DNA of 64,000 bases from an uncultured Pseudomonadota bacterium (GCA_963847705.1 CAWKBC010000032.1:448001-512000), one strand, 5' to 3'. Positions 39,678-50,398 are shown, counted from the stretch's first letter. Translations and numbers: made by a program. The notes: generated by a model not told the origin, from the letters alone.

Positions 39678-42020
39678 GTGCCTCGGTCCTTTACTTGCGT
39701 GGGCGTTGGACTGTGGGTCTTCTTGATTGCGACAATGGCCAGATCCGCCGATCCGGCGGCGGCTGCTCCGACGGAGGCCGAACCGATCGTCGATGCGAAG
39801 AACGAGACGACCGTCGTCGCGACGACGCCGCTGCACGGTTCGTTGTTGCCCGCCGATCGCGTCGCGGCGAACGTGCAGACCGCGACCGGGAAGGCGATCG
39901 ACGCCAGCCACGATCTCGACATCACCCAGTTCATGAACGAATCGCTGGGGAGCGTCACGATCAATCAGGTCCAGGAGAACCCGCTCCAGCCCGACTTTCA
40001 ATATCGCGGCTTCACCGCGTCGCCCGTCCTGGGCGCCTCGGAGGGGGTGTCGGTCTTTCTCAACGGCGTTCGCCTGAACGAGCCCTTCGGCGACATCGTG
40101 AACTGGGATCTCATCCCGCCGGGCGCCATCCGCTCGCTCAACCTGATGCCCGGCTCGAACCCTCTGTTCGGCCTCAACACCCTGGGCGGCGCGCTGTCGA
40201 TGGAGACCAAGACCGGCTTTTCCGATCCCGGCGCGGAGGCCGAGGTGTGGGGTGGCTCTTTCGGTCGCGCCGTGGTGGAGGTCGAGGCGGGCGGTCACGG
40301 CGAACACTGGGCCTACTTCGGCGCGGGACGGTTTTTCACCGAAGACGGCTGGCGCGAACACTCGCCGTCGCAGGCGCTGAACGGATTCTTGTCGGCGACC
40401 CATCGCAACGGCGGCTCCACCCTCGATCTCTCGCTCATGGGCGCGGGCACCGCGATGGCCGGCATCGGCGCCACCCCGGTCCAGCTCCTGGCGGTGGATC
40501 GCAACGCGGTCTTCACCTACCCGGACGAGACCCACAACCGGATGCTCATGGCCATCCTGCGGGGAGACCAGGCGCTCTCGCCGACCAGTCGTCTGTCTGC
40601 GACCGCCTACTTCCGCCTGAGCCGCACGCTGACCGCCAACGGCGATCAGGGCGAGTGGGGGCAGTGCATGGCGCCCAGCCCGACGACCGCTGTCTGCGCC
40701 GACGACATGACGACCGTCATCCTCGATCCGAACGGGAACCCCGTCCCCTACGACCCCAACAATCCTTACGACGGTTCGGACAACACCACTTACACGCGCC
40801 AGATCGGGTTCGGGGGGAGCCTGCAGGGGAGCTTCGAGGCGCCCCTGGCCCACCACGAGAACCATCTCTTCGTGGGCGCCAGCGTCGACGAAGGGGAGAT
40901 CCGCTTCAGATCGCAGACCGTTCTGGCCCAGCTGAATGACACCCGGGGCACGGTCGACACCGACTTCGTCGATCCGACGTCGCTGGTGTCGGTCGACGGG
41001 ACGGTGACGACCCTGGGGGTCTTCGCCAGCGACACGTTCGCGCTGCTGAAAGACCTGTTTCTCACCGTGTCGGGGCGGTTCAACGATTCGGCGCAATCGC
41101 TTCAGGATCAGCTGGGAGGCGAGCTCAGCGGCGACAATCACTACCATCGGCTCAACCCCGCCGTCGGGCTCTCCTACCAGCCGCGCCCGGAGCTCGGCGT
41201 CTACGGCAGCTACAGCGAATCGGCGCGCGCGCCCACGCCGATGGAGCTGACCTGCGCCAGCCCCACCGACCCCTGCCGGCTGCCCAACGAGTTCGTGGCC
41301 GACCCGCCGCTCGAGCAGGTGGTGGCCCGCACCTTCGAGGCCGGCGTCCGCGGTCACTTCGGACGCGGGCGCGCGTTCGTCGACTACGCGCTCTCGGCAT
41401 TCCACACCGCCAACAGCAACGACATCCTCTTCGTCAGCTCGGGTCCGCTCACCAACGAGGGCTACTTCTCGAACGTGGGCGACACGCTCCGGCAGGGGAT
41501 CGAGGCGCGGCTCCATGGCCGCCTGCGCCTGAGCGCGCGCGGCGGGCGGCTGGAGTGGTCGGCCAATTACACCTACCTCGACGCCACCTTTCAGACGCCC
41601 TTCGTCTCGCCCAGCGCCAACAACCCGGCGGGTGACAACGGCCAGATCAACGTCGCCGCCGGCGCGCACCTTCCCTCGATCCCGGCTCAGGTCGGCAAGG
41701 CCTCGGTCACCTGGATCGCCCCCTTCGGTCTGGCGCTCGGGGCCACCGTCATCGGAAACAGCGGTCAATACTATCGCGGCGACGAGGCGAACCTCCTGCC
41801 TCAGATCCCGGGTTACCTGCTGCTGAACCTGCGCGCCGACTACATCTTCGCGCGCTGGCTCTCCGGCTTCGTCAAGGTCGACAACGTCTTCAACGCCGAC
41901 TACGCGAGCTTCGGCGTCCTCGGCGACGCGACCTCCGTTTTCCCGGGCTACGGAGATCCTCGCTTTCAAGGCCCAGGTGAACCGCGCGCTTTCTGGGCCG
42001 GCGTCAACGTTCATTACTGA
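39678..42020 (+). CDS. TonB-dependent receptor
   Basis: Signal peptide; TonB-box-like TTVVAT; plug YRGF..SP..NEPFGDIVNWDLIP..GSNPLFGLNTLGGA; DNVFN; terminal aromatic residue. Confidence 0.92.
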   Translation: MPRSFTCVGVGLWVFLIATMARSADPAAAAPTEAEPIVDAKNETTVVATTPLHGSLLPADRVAANVQTATGKAIDASHDLDITQFMNESLGSVTINQVQENPLQPDFQYRGFTASPVLGASEGVSVFLNGVRLNEPFGDIVNWDLIPPGAIRSLNLMPGSNPLFGLNTLGGALSMETKTGFSDPGAEAEVWGGSFGRAVVEVEAGGHGEHWAYFGAGRFFTEDGWREHSPSQALNGFLSATHRNGGSTLDLSLMGAGTAMAGIGATPVQLLAVDRNAVFTYPDETHNRMLMAILRGDQALSPTSRLSATAYFRLSRTLTANGDQGEWGQCMAPSPTTAVCADDMTTVILDPNGNPVPYDPNNPYDGSDNTTYTRQIGFGGSLQGSFEAPLAHHENHLFVGASVDEGEIRFRSQTVLAQLNDTRGTVDTDFVDPTSLVSVDGTVTTLGVFASDTFALLKDLFLTVSGRFNDSAQSLQDQLGGELSGDNHYHRLNPAVGLSYQPRPELGVYGSYSESARAPTPMELTCASPTDPCRLPNEFVADPPLEQVVARTFEAGVRGHFGRGRAFVDYALSAFHTANSNDILFVSSGPLTNEGYFSNVGDTLRQGIEARLHGRLRLSARGGRLEWSANYTYLDATFQTPFVSPSANNPAGDNGQINVAAGAHLPSIPAQVGKASVTWIAPFGLALGATVIGNSGQYYRGDEANLLPQIPGYLLLNLRADYIFARWLSGFVKVDNVFNADYASFGVLGDATSVFPGYGDPRFQGPGEPRAFWAGVNVHY

Positions 42021-42142
42021 GTCTCGACAAACTGGTCTCTCGACGATCCAAGTTGGCCGAACTGTGACCGCGTTGCCAGCGCGCCCGGCGTCCTTACCTT
42101 CATGCCGCGTTACACGCTTCAACGCTTGCAGGGGGGACACTG

Positions 42143-42940
42143 ATGGAGACTCGAACGCGAAGGTATCGCTCGATTGTGCCCGCGATGTGCGGCGCCGCGC
42201 TCATGGCCGCTCTGGGCGCCCAGTCGATCGCGCAGGCCAAGGGGCCGGCGGTCAAGAACGTGCTGCTCGTCCATGGCGCCTGGGCCGACGGATCGAGCTG
42301 GTCGAAGATCATTCCGCTGCTCGAGGCCAAGGGTCTGCACGTGGTGGCGGTGCAGAACCCGCTCACCTCGCTGGCCGACGACGTCGCCGCCGTGAAGCGG
42401 GCGATCGCCCTGCAGGATGGTCCCGTGTTGCTGGTGGGCCACTCCTACGGGGGCACCGTCATCACCGAGGCGGGCAACGATCCCAAGGTCGTCGGTCTCG
42501 TCTTCGTCGCGGCGTTCGCCCCGCCGGCGGGCCAGTCGTCGCTTTCGATCGGTAAGCCCTACCCACCGCCGCCGCTGCTGGGCGAGCTGCGGCCAGACGC
42601 GACCGGGTTCCTGACCGTCACTCCGAAGGGGGTGGCCGAGGACTTCGGCCAGGACCTGACCGACAGCGAGAAGCGGTTGATCACGGTTGTCCAGGGCCAG
42701 ACTTCGGGCCCCGCGGCCCTGGGAGGGGTCGTCACCACGGCCGCCTGGAAGACCAAGCCGAGCTGGTTCGTTGTCTCCGCGAACGACCGCGCCATCCCGC
42801 CCGAGCTGGAGAAGGCCGAGGCCGCCGCGATGAAGGCCACGGTCATCACCCTCCCCTCGAGCCATCTGGCCATGCTCTCTCACCCGCAGGAGGTCGCCGG
42901 GCTGATCTTGCAAGCGGTGGAGACGTTGGGGGCCAAGTAA
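42143..42940 (+). CDS. Exported alpha/beta hydrolase
   Basis: LVHGAWADGSSW, GHSYGG, DRAI, SSH. Confidence 0.9.
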   Translation: METRTRRYRSIVPAMCGAALMAALGAQSIAQAKGPAVKNVLLVHGAWADGSSWSKIIPLLEAKGLHVVAVQNPLTSLADDVAAVKRAIALQDGPVLLVGHSYGGTVITEAGNDPKVVGLVFVAAFAPPAGQSSLSIGKPYPPPPLLGELRPDATGFLTVTPKGVAEDFGQDLTDSEKRLITVVQGQTSGPAALGGVVTTAAWKTKPSWFVVSANDRAIPPELEKAEAAAMKATVITLPSSHLAMLSHPQEVAGLILQAVETLGAK

Positions 42941-42991
42941 GAGCCGAGGAGGACCAGAGAGCCGAACCTCGTCGATCGGTCGGCGGGCGTC

Positions 42992-43984
42992 CTAGGCGCT
43001 GATGCGGACCGCCAGGTCGAGCAGCTTGCTGGCGTAGCCCCACTCGTTGTCGTACCAGGCGATCAGCTTCACGAAGGTCGGGTCGAGCTGGAGGCCCGCC
43101 TTGGCGTCGAAGACGGAGGTGCACGATTCGCCCCGCATGTCCGTCGACACGATCTCCTCCTCGGTGTACCCGAGGACGCCTTTGAGAGCCCCTTCCGAGG
43201 CCCGCTTCATCGCCCCGCAGATCTCACGGTAGCTGGCCTCGTGAATGAGCTCACACGTCAAATCGACGACCGACACGTCCGACGTCGGGACGCGGAACGA
43301 CATTCCGGTCAATTTCCCCTTCAGCGCCGGGAGCACCCGGGTGACCGCCTCCGCCGCCCCGGTCGAGGACGGGATGATGTTCTCCAGGATTCCGCGCCCG
43401 AAGCGCCAGTCCTTGCCGGAGACGCCATCGACGACCTTTTGCGTCGCCGTGGTGGCGTGGACGGTGGTCATGAGGCCGCGCTTGATCCCGAAGGCGTCAT
43501 CCAGCACCTTGGCCAGGGGCGCCAGACAGTTGGTGGTGCACGACGCCGCCGAGATGATCGGCTCGCCCGCGTAGCGCTCGGTGTTCACGCCGTAGACGAA
43601 GATCGGCGTGTCGTCCTTGGAGGGGGCCGACATGATGACCCGCCTGGCCCCCGCCCGCAGATGAGCCTCGGTCTTCTCCTTGGTCAGGAAGATCCCGGTC
43701 GACTCGATCACCACGTCGACGCCCAGATCGCCCCAGGCCGAGGCCGCCGGGTCCTTCACGGCGGTCGCGCGGACCGGCCGACCGTCGACCAGGAGAGAAC
43801 CGTCCCTGACCCCCAGCTCGTGCCGGAAGCGGCCGTGAACCGAGTCGTGCTTGAGGAGATAGGCCAGGTGCGGAAGCTCGAGGAGATCGTTGACCGCCAC
43901 GATCTCGACGTCGTCGCGCCCCATCGCCGCCCGGAAGGCCACCCGGCCGATGCGCCCAAACCCGTTGATGCCGATCTTGATCAT
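42992..43984 (-). CDS. gap: Glyceraldehyde-3-phosphate dehydrogenase type I
   Basis: [35 protein letters not shown]. Confidence 0.97.
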   Translation of the reverse strand: MIKIGINGFGRIGRVAFRAAMGRDDVEIVAVNDLLELPHLAYLLKHDSVHGRFRHELGVRDGSLLVDGRPVRATAVKDPAASAWGDLGVDVVIESTGIFLTKEKTEAHLRAGARRVIMSAPSKDDTPIFVYGVNTERYAGEPIISAASCTTNCLAPLAKVLDDAFGIKRGLMTTVHATTATQKVVDGVSGKDWRFGRGILENIIPSSTGAAEAVTRVLPALKGKLTGMSFRVPTSDVSVVDLTCELIHEASYREICGAMKRASEGALKGVLGYTEEEIVSTDMRGESCTSVFDAKAGLQLDPTFVKLIAWYDNEWGYASKLLDLAVRISA

Positions 43985-44024
43985 GTCCTAGCGATAGCCC
44001 GCGGGGCCTTGGGCCGAAAGGACA

Positions 44025-45050
44025 ATGATGTTGCGTTTCAGGCCAACGGCGGCCAACCTTCTGATCGTGCGTCGCCGGGCACAACGGGTCTGGTTTCTCG
44101 TCGCGTCCGGCACCGGCGTGCTGGACCTGGCCGGTCCGTGGGAGGTGCTGGGGCACGCGAACGACATGCTCGGGCGGGTGGCGTATGACCTCGAGGTGGT
44201 CGGACCACGCGGGCCGACCGTGCGGACGCGGTACGGCCTGGTCGTCGGCGGCGTTCGCCCCCTCGCCCGAAGTGGCGAGCGCCTCCCGGACATCGCCATC
44301 GTGGCGGGAGGGTCACCGCGGCTTCCCCTGCCGGATGGCGAGGCCCACCTCGTCGCCTGGCTGCGTCGGCATCACCGGCGCATCCCCTCGGTCATCTCGA
44401 TCTGCACCGGGGCCTTCGTCCTGGGGGAAGCGGGGCTCCTCGACCGCCGCCGGGCCACGACGCACTGGCTCCATCTCGCCGACCTCCGAACCCGGTTTCC
44501 CGCGGCCCGCGTGGTCGACGAGGGGATCTTCGTGCGGGACGGCGGCGTCTGGACCTCGGGGGGTCTCACCGCGGGGATCGATCTGACGCTCGCGCTGGTC
44601 GAGGCGGATCACGGGCACGCCGTGGCGATGGCCGTCGCCAAGAGGCTGGTGCTGTTCCTGCGGCGCTCGGGGAACCAGGCGCAGTTCAGCTCCGCGTTGC
44701 AACGGCAGGAGAAAGAGCCGCCCAAGCTGCGCGACATCTCGACCTTCGTCCTCGAGCACGTCGACGAGCCGCTGCCCGTGAACCGGATCGCGGCAGGGAT
44801 CGGGATGAGCCCCCGCACGCTCAGCCGCTGGTGTCGGGCGCACCTCGACGAATCGCCCGCCGAGCTGGTGCGCCGCCTCCGGATCGACGAGGCCCGGCGG
44901 CTCCTCGAGGAGACTCCGCTTCCTTTGAAGGACATCACGGCGCGCACCGGCTTCGGCGATGCGAGCACGATGTGGCGCGCCTTCACGCAGCGTCTCGGCG
45001 TCACGCCGGCCGCCTACCGCCAGCGCTTCTCGGCCGCGGCGACGCGCTGA
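44025..45050 (+). CDS. GlxA-family (DJ-1/PfpI plus AraC) regulator
   Basis: SICTGAF, ATTHW, TSGGLTAGIDL, RRSGNQAQFS, AraC HTH; the start may be GTG near 44067. Confidence 0.92.
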   Translation: MMLRFRPTAANLLIVRRRAQRVWFLVASGTGVLDLAGPWEVLGHANDMLGRVAYDLEVVGPRGPTVRTRYGLVVGGVRPLARSGERLPDIAIVAGGSPRLPLPDGEAHLVAWLRRHHRRIPSVISICTGAFVLGEAGLLDRRRATTHWLHLADLRTRFPAARVVDEGIFVRDGGVWTSGGLTAGIDLTLALVEADHGHAVAMAVAKRLVLFLRRSGNQAQFSSALQRQEKEPPKLRDISTFVLEHVDEPLPVNRIAAGIGMSPRTLSRWCRAHLDESPAELVRRLRIDEARRLLEETPLPLKDITARTGFGDASTMWRAFTQRLGVTPAAYRQRFSAAATR

Positions 45051-45117
45051 GGACCACAATTCGAAGCCTGGATGGTGGACAGACGTTGAACCGCCCCCAT
45101 GTTCCTTTTCAGTCATT

Positions 45118-46230
45118 GTGCCGATACCCTCCGACAGCCGACGGTCGCATCCGAGTTGCCGGTCGAGCGCCCTCCTCGCCGCAGCGTTGATGGGGGGCCT
45201 CTCCTGCGCGCACCATCCGCCGGCCCCCGCGAAGAGCCCGGAGGCCCCAGCGACGCGTGACCCCGCGCCCGGGGCCCGCACCGAGGCGGAGCGGACCCAC
45301 GTGCTGGAGGCAGAGTGGAGCGAGGTGGAGGTCAAGGGGCGAAAGGAGGGCGATGCGGTCGTCTCCGCGATCAAGCTGGTGCAGCCCAATATCAGGATCT
45401 TTCATGCCGCCCCGCCGCCCGAAGAGGCCAACGCGGCTCAAAAGAAGAACGAACATCCCGCCCCGCCGGGCGAGGTGGTCGATCTGAACGAGCTGCTGCA
45501 CAAGATCACGCCGCTCGAGGTCGATCACATCGACATCCTCGACGGTCAGGTCGCGTTCGTGGACACCAGCCGCCAGGAGCGACCGGAGCTCTGGCTGCAC
45601 GACCTGCAACTGTCGGTCGAGAACCTCACCAACCGGGTCCGCCTCACCGAAGGCCGGCCGGTCCTCCTCACCGCCAGCGCGACGCTCGCGCGCAGCGGCG
45701 CGCTCTCGATCCTGATCACCGCCGATCCCTTCGAGAAAGGCCTGACCTTCTCGGGGCGGGCCGCCATCGTCGGCCTCGAAACGTCAGAGCTCTATCGCTT
45801 CATCAAACCGGCGACCAAGCTCCAGGCTCCCCAAGGGACCATCGACATCTTCGTCGAGTTCGACTGCCGCAATGGCCAGCTGACCGGCGGCGTGAAGCCG
45901 GTGCTGAAGAACGTCAAGATTCGCCCCGACGACAAGGGCTTCTTCACCGCAATCAAGGCCTGGGCGACCGACGTGGCGATCAAGCTGTTCTCCGATCGGG
46001 TCAAGGACCGCAACGCCGTCGCCACCGTCATTCCGATCAAGGGGACGCTCACGGGCCCCGACGTCGACCTCTGGCCGGCGATCTTCGGGGTCCTGCGCAA
46101 CGCCTTCGTGGAAGGGCTCACCTCGGGATACGCCTATCTACCCCCCAAAACCGGCGAGGCGCCCCCCGCCCCGGGCGCACAGCCCTCACCGTCCGAGAGC
46201 CACAGCACCTCGCCCCCGGCGGCCCCATGA
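45118..46230 (+). CDS. Lipoprotein with a DUF748/AsmA-like domain
   Basis: GLSC lipobox; GGVKPVL, ATVIPIKG, VLRNAFV. Family call from memory; start uncertain. Confidence 0.65.
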   Translation: MPIPSDSRRSHPSCRSSALLAAALMGGLSCAHHPPAPAKSPEAPATRDPAPGARTEAERTHVLEAEWSEVEVKGRKEGDAVVSAIKLVQPNIRIFHAAPPPEEANAAQKKNEHPAPPGEVVDLNELLHKITPLEVDHIDILDGQVAFVDTSRQERPELWLHDLQLSVENLTNRVRLTEGRPVLLTASATLARSGALSILITADPFEKGLTFSGRAAIVGLETSELYRFIKPATKLQAPQGTIDIFVEFDCRNGQLTGGVKPVLKNVKIRPDDKGFFTAIKAWATDVAIKLFSDRVKDRNAVATVIPIKGTLTGPDVDLWPAIFGVLRNAFVEGLTSGYAYLPPKTGEAPPAPGAQPSPSESHSTSPPAAP

Positions 46231-46733
46231 CCAACCCACGCCTCTTCCATCTCACCCAGATCATGACCCTGGGCGTCGGGCTGAGCTTCGGAAGCGGCTG
46301 CGCGCACACGCACGCAACGCCTCCGCCTCCGGCCGCGGTTCCCCCGACCAAACCCGAACGCGAACAGGCGGTCCAGACGGGACTGCCGATCTCCAGCACC
46401 TCGCACGGCATCCTGCAGGACGGCGCCGAGCTGAAGATCCAGCGGCGGCTGCAGGAAAAGGGGTTCCTCGACGGCCAGCAGGCGGACGGCCAGCTCGATC
46501 CCCCGACCCGCGCGGCGCTGCGCAAGTTCCAGAAGCAGGAGGGGCTCCCTCCCACCGGCTTGCCGAGCTACGAGACGGTTCGCCACCTCCACCTCGACCT
46601 CGATGCGATCTTTCAGACGGTGAGCCACCCGCGCGAACGACCGGCATCCTCGTCCAGGCCGCCTCCGGGCGGCACGTCGTCGGGTACGCAACCCCCTTCT
46701 CACTGCGAATCGGGGCCGGTCGTTCCATCCTGA
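46227..46733 (+). CDS. Lipoprotein with a peptidoglycan-binding (PG_binding_1) domain
   Basis: IQRRLQEKGFL..DGQLDPPTRAALRKFQKQEGLPPTG; GSGC lipobox; ATGA overlap. Confidence 0.85.
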   Translation: MTNPRLFHLTQIMTLGVGLSFGSGCAHTHATPPPPAAVPPTKPEREQAVQTGLPISSTSHGILQDGAELKIQRRLQEKGFLDGQQADGQLDPPTRAALRKFQKQEGLPPTGLPSYETVRHLHLDLDAIFQTVSHPRERPASSSRPPPGGTSSGTQPPSHCESGPVVPS

Positions 46734-46767
46734 CCAGCTGACGGGACGTTTCGCCGCGGGCCGCGCG

Positions 46768-49227
46768 TCAGCGTGGGGGCGCGCCCGGCTTGGGCGGGGC
46801 GACGGTCACCACCTTGCCGTTCTTCCAGCGCACGTCGCCGATGAACTGTGGATCGCCGACGGTCCCCGCCACCTTGGCGTCGGCGCTGACCCTGCCGCCG
46901 AGCGCTTCGACCTTGTCGTTGAAGCGCGCCAGCCAGGCGACATCGAAGTCCTTGGCCACGACCTTGCCGTGCACGGGGAGCTTCTTGGCGTCGATCCCCT
47001 CGGTGACCGCCGGATAGGCCAGATTGACCCGGGTGGCGGCGTCGACGTGCAGCTCGCCGCCGTGCGCGGAGGCGAAATCGACGTCGCCGTGAGCCGCCTG
47101 ATCTTCATAGCTCAGATGAATGCTGGCGTGGCCCACATCGACGGGGTTCGCTCCTTCGCTGGCGCGGGTGGGGCGCTCGACCGACAGGTCGCGGCCGTTG
47201 ACGGTCAGGACGACCTTCGGATCCGCTGCGCTGCCGGTGACCCGCAGCCGCGCCGTCATTCGGCCTGCGAGCTGCGGCTTCATCCCCGAGCCCTGGAGCG
47301 CCTCGGCCAGATCGAGCCGCTCGACGGCGAGGCGCAGATTGAGAGCGTCACCCGCCAGCGGGTCGACCGGCAGGTGAAAGTCGCCGTTCAGCTCCGTGAA
47401 GGGCGCGCGGACCTCGAGGGTGCCGTCGATCTGCTGGTCGGCCAGCGTGGCCTCGACCGAGGCTCCAATCTTGGAGAAGGTCCGCAAGCGCCCCTCGGCC
47501 AGCCCCATCCGGACGACGACCTTGGGAGCGTTCACCTGGCCTTCGGCCGTGACGTCGAGGTCGACCGTCCCCCCCAGGTTGAGGTCTCGGGGGACGAGCA
47601 GCGTCGGCAGGAGGTCGAGGCGCAGCCCTGTCAGCGCGACGTGCGCGTCGACGCGCTCGTCGTCCTTGACGCCGTGGACGTCCAGCCGCTGCTCCTGCGC
47701 GTGAAGGCGCAGGCCCGAGAGGGCGACTTCCTGCCCTTCGAAGCGGAGGTGGGCCGTCCCTTCCGAGGTCCACTCCACCTTGGGATAGGAGAGCGAGAGC
47801 TGGGAGAGCGCCAACCCCTGCCGATCGCTGTCGACCTGCCCCTCCAACGCCACGCGGATCGGCTCGGGCGACGCCAGACTGGCAGAGAACGCGATCGTTT
47901 GCTGGCGCACCTTGGCGTCGAGCTCGATCTTGCCCAGCCTGGTGGCTCCGGCGACCGCTGCCCCCACCGCGACGGTCAGATCGACCTCGCCGGGAATCCT
48001 GGCCAGCTGCCCTGCGTGACCGTCGATCGAGAGATCGGTGATGGTGTTCTCCGCGAACCGCAGATGATTGAAGAGCCCCTTGCCGCTGGCACTCCAGCTC
48101 GCAGGCGCACCGGCCAGCGGTCCCTCGACCGTCAGTCGGAGATCGCCGTGGCCCGCCAGTGACGGCACCGCCGCCGTCGTCAGGACCTGGACCGCCTTGC
48201 CCGTTCGTGCCAGGTCTTCGAGCGCGAGTCGGGTCTCGAGCTTGAAGACGTCCGTGCCGCCCCCCTTGGCGGTCAGCTGCAGGCCGGGGATGGCGACCGA
48301 AAGGTCCAGCTTGGGGATGGCGCCTGGGCGCGCCTGGCCGTCGACCTGCAGCGGGCCCCAGGCATAGCCCCCGAGCTCGGTTCGCGGAATGGCGATCGCG
48401 ATCAGCGCGTCGGCGGCTTCGAGGCGTTCGCTGTCGACGTCCCCGTGCGCCTTGACCGTCCCGCCCAGCAGCTGGCCGTCGAGCGCGAGGTGGGTCTGGG
48501 TCCCGCGGACGCGCGCCTCGGCCTCGATCGCCAGCGGCCCGACGGGGGCGAGGACGCTCCGGCCCGCGAGCCGAACGACGAGGTCGGTCGACCCGTTGCC
48601 AGTGGCGTACCGGAGACTGGCGAACGACTGTAGCCCTTCGAGGTGAACGGTCTGCTTGCGCTTCGTGCCGTCAGCCGACGCCACCAGCACGGCGCCCTCG
48701 CGCAGGTCGAAGCGATCGAGGCGAATCACCCATCCCTCCGCGAGGGTCTTGGGCCTGGGCGGGGCTTTGGGGGCGGCCTTCTGTCGTGGGGCGAGGGCCC
48801 GCGAGAGGTTCATCCCTGCCGGATCGAATTCGGCCAACAGGCGCGGCGACTCGATGACCACCGCGCTCAACCGGAGCTCCTTGTGCAGGAGACGCATGAT
48901 GCGGAAGTCGACCTCGGTACGCGTCACCTGCGCGACCTGGTTGCCCTCGGGATCGCGCAGGCTCACGTCCCACAGGATGAGGCGATCGCCGCCGAAGGAG
49001 AGCCGTCCGACCCCCAGCTCTCCCTGGATCTGGTGGTTGACGCGCGCCACCAGCTGTCGCCGCAGGCGCTCGCCGCCCCAACGGGTCTGCAAGACCAGCA
49101 TCACGGCGCCGAGGGAGAAGGCCACCACGGCCGCCATCGCCCCGGCGACGCGCAACGAAATGACGCCTGCCCGCCTGAGACGGGCGTGGTTCTGTTCGCG
49201 TTCTTGAGTCACCGGGCTCCTTTGCAT
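46768..49227 (-). CDS. AsmA/TamB-like protein, short at the C-terminus
   Basis: N-terminal TM plus LQTRWG; beta-rich repeats; ends shortly after GTVGDPQFIG. Confidence 0.75.
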   Translation of the reverse strand: MQRSPVTQEREQNHARLRRAGVISLRVAGAMAAVVAFSLGAVMLVLQTRWGGERLRRQLVARVNHQIQGELGVGRLSFGGDRLILWDVSLRDPEGNQVAQVTRTEVDFRIMRLLHKELRLSAVVIESPRLLAEFDPAGMNLSRALAPRQKAAPKAPPRPKTLAEGWVIRLDRFDLREGAVLVASADGTKRKQTVHLEGLQSFASLRYATGNGSTDLVVRLAGRSVLAPVGPLAIEAEARVRGTQTHLALDGQLLGGTVKAHGDVDSERLEAADALIAIAIPRTELGGYAWGPLQVDGQARPGAIPKLDLSVAIPGLQLTAKGGGTDVFKLETRLALEDLARTGKAVQVLTTAAVPSLAGHGDLRLTVEGPLAGAPASWSASGKGLFNHLRFAENTITDLSIDGHAGQLARIPGEVDLTVAVGAAVAGATRLGKIELDAKVRQQTIAFSASLASPEPIRVALEGQVDSDRQGLALSQLSLSYPKVEWTSEGTAHLRFEGQEVALSGLRLHAQEQRLDVHGVKDDERVDAHVALTGLRLDLLPTLLVPRDLNLGGTVDLDVTAEGQVNAPKVVVRMGLAEGRLRTFSKIGASVEATLADQQIDGTLEVRAPFTELNGDFHLPVDPLAGDALNLRLAVERLDLAEALQGSGMKPQLAGRMTARLRVTGSAADPKVVLTVNGRDLSVERPTRASEGANPVDVGHASIHLSYEDQAAHGDVDFASAHGGELHVDAATRVNLAYPAVTEGIDAKKLPVHGKVVAKDFDVAWLARFNDKVEALGGRVSADAKVAGTVGDPQFIGDVRWKNGKVVTVAPPKPGAPPR

Positions 49228-49318
49228 GCGGCAATGCCGGTAAACCTAAGCATTCACGGCGAAGGAATCGGTGATTGCCTGACCCATCGACCAAACGAGG
49301 CCCTACGTTGACGGCTTC

Positions 49319-50398
49319 ATGGTTCTTCTTCAGGCCATCTTCGGACTGGTCACCAAGTCTGCCGGCAAGATCCTGAACGCCCTCTTCGGATGGGCGGTCC
49401 GGGCGCTCTTCGGGCAAACGACCGCCCGGGAGCAGACCTATCTGTCGGTCGTGGTGGGGGCGGCCGTCGCCTGGCCGATCCTGCTCCTCGGCGTCGTGGC
49501 CCCCAAAATCGCGGCCCTGGCGCTGGCGTTCGTGCCGATCCCACATCGGATCCCCTCCTGGACCATCCGGTTGGTCTGGGTGTCGCTGGCGCTCATCATT
49601 CCGGTCGCGGTCGGGCTCGCCGTGGCGGCCAAGGCCCCGCCGTCCACGAAGCGTGAGTCGCGTGTGGTGACGGTCTTGCGCGGCTTCCCCATCACCGTGG
49701 GACTGGCGGCGGCGTTCCTCATCATGTTCGTGTCGGTCCCCGTGATGCGCCTGGCGACGATCGTGCGCCGGCGAAAGAGCGCCGACGTCCCCTTGATCAC
49801 GCACGATGCCGCCTATCACCAGGTCGCGGTGACGATCTGCGAGGTCCTCAACCGGCACGGGTTCTCGTTGCGCCGGGCCTCCCCCGGCTGGTGGGTGGCG
49901 GCGCCGACGCGAATCCTCGGCTTGCTGGGCGGCAGCGCCTTCCGTTCCTACGTTCCCGATCAGCTTGAGCATTTCGTCTCGCCAGACCTCGAGCTGTCGC
50001 TCTATCCCAGCGGGCTGCTCCTGCGTGGGAAGGCCAAACAGCTGACCTGGGCCCACGGGCTCGTCGCCGAGTCGGTGGTCCACACCGACGGTCTCCAGAC
50101 GATCGATCCGAAAGCGCAGGCGCTGGAGAAGCGGCTGCACGGGCTCTGGAAGACGTATGATCAGGATCCGGTCGGGAACAAGGACTCTGCAGCGCTGGAC
50201 CAAAAGCTCGACCAGGTGACGCACGATCTCGGGGAGCTGGAGGTCGACTTCGACGACTGGCAGGTTCTTTACCGCCAGATTCTCCAGGTCGGGCGCGCCA
50301 TCCACGGCCACCGGCAGCTGATGGACGTGGGCGCCTCGAAGACCAAGGTCGGCACGGATTCGCCGGGACCGCGCTCCGCGCAACAGGGAGCAGTCTAG
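49319..50398 (+). CDS. Hypothetical membrane protein
   Basis: Several N-terminal TM segments; coding-like codon usage. Confidence 0.7.
   Translation: MVLLQAIFGLVTKSAGKILNALFGWAVRALFGQTTAREQTYLSVVVGAAVAWPILLLGVVAPKIAALALAFVPIPHRIPSWTIRLVWVSLALIIPVAVGLAVAAKAPPSTKRESRVVTVLRGFPITVGLAAAFLIMFVSVPVMRLATIVRRRKSADVPLITHDAAYHQVAVTICEVLNRHGFSLRRASPGWWVAAPTRILGLLGGSAFRSYVPDQLEHFVSPDLELSLYPSGLLLRGKAKQLTWAHGLVAESVVHTDGLQTIDPKAQALEKRLHGLWKTYDQDPVGNKDSAALDQKLDQVTHDLGELEVDFDDWQVLYRQILQVGRAIHGHRQLMDVGASKTKVGTDSPGPRSAQQGAV

Noticed and set aside
39678-42020. Calling the TonB-dependent receptor btuB
   Set aside because: It is on the opposite strand to the riboswitch, separated by rsgA and a hairpin, and its plug sequence is not BtuB-like.
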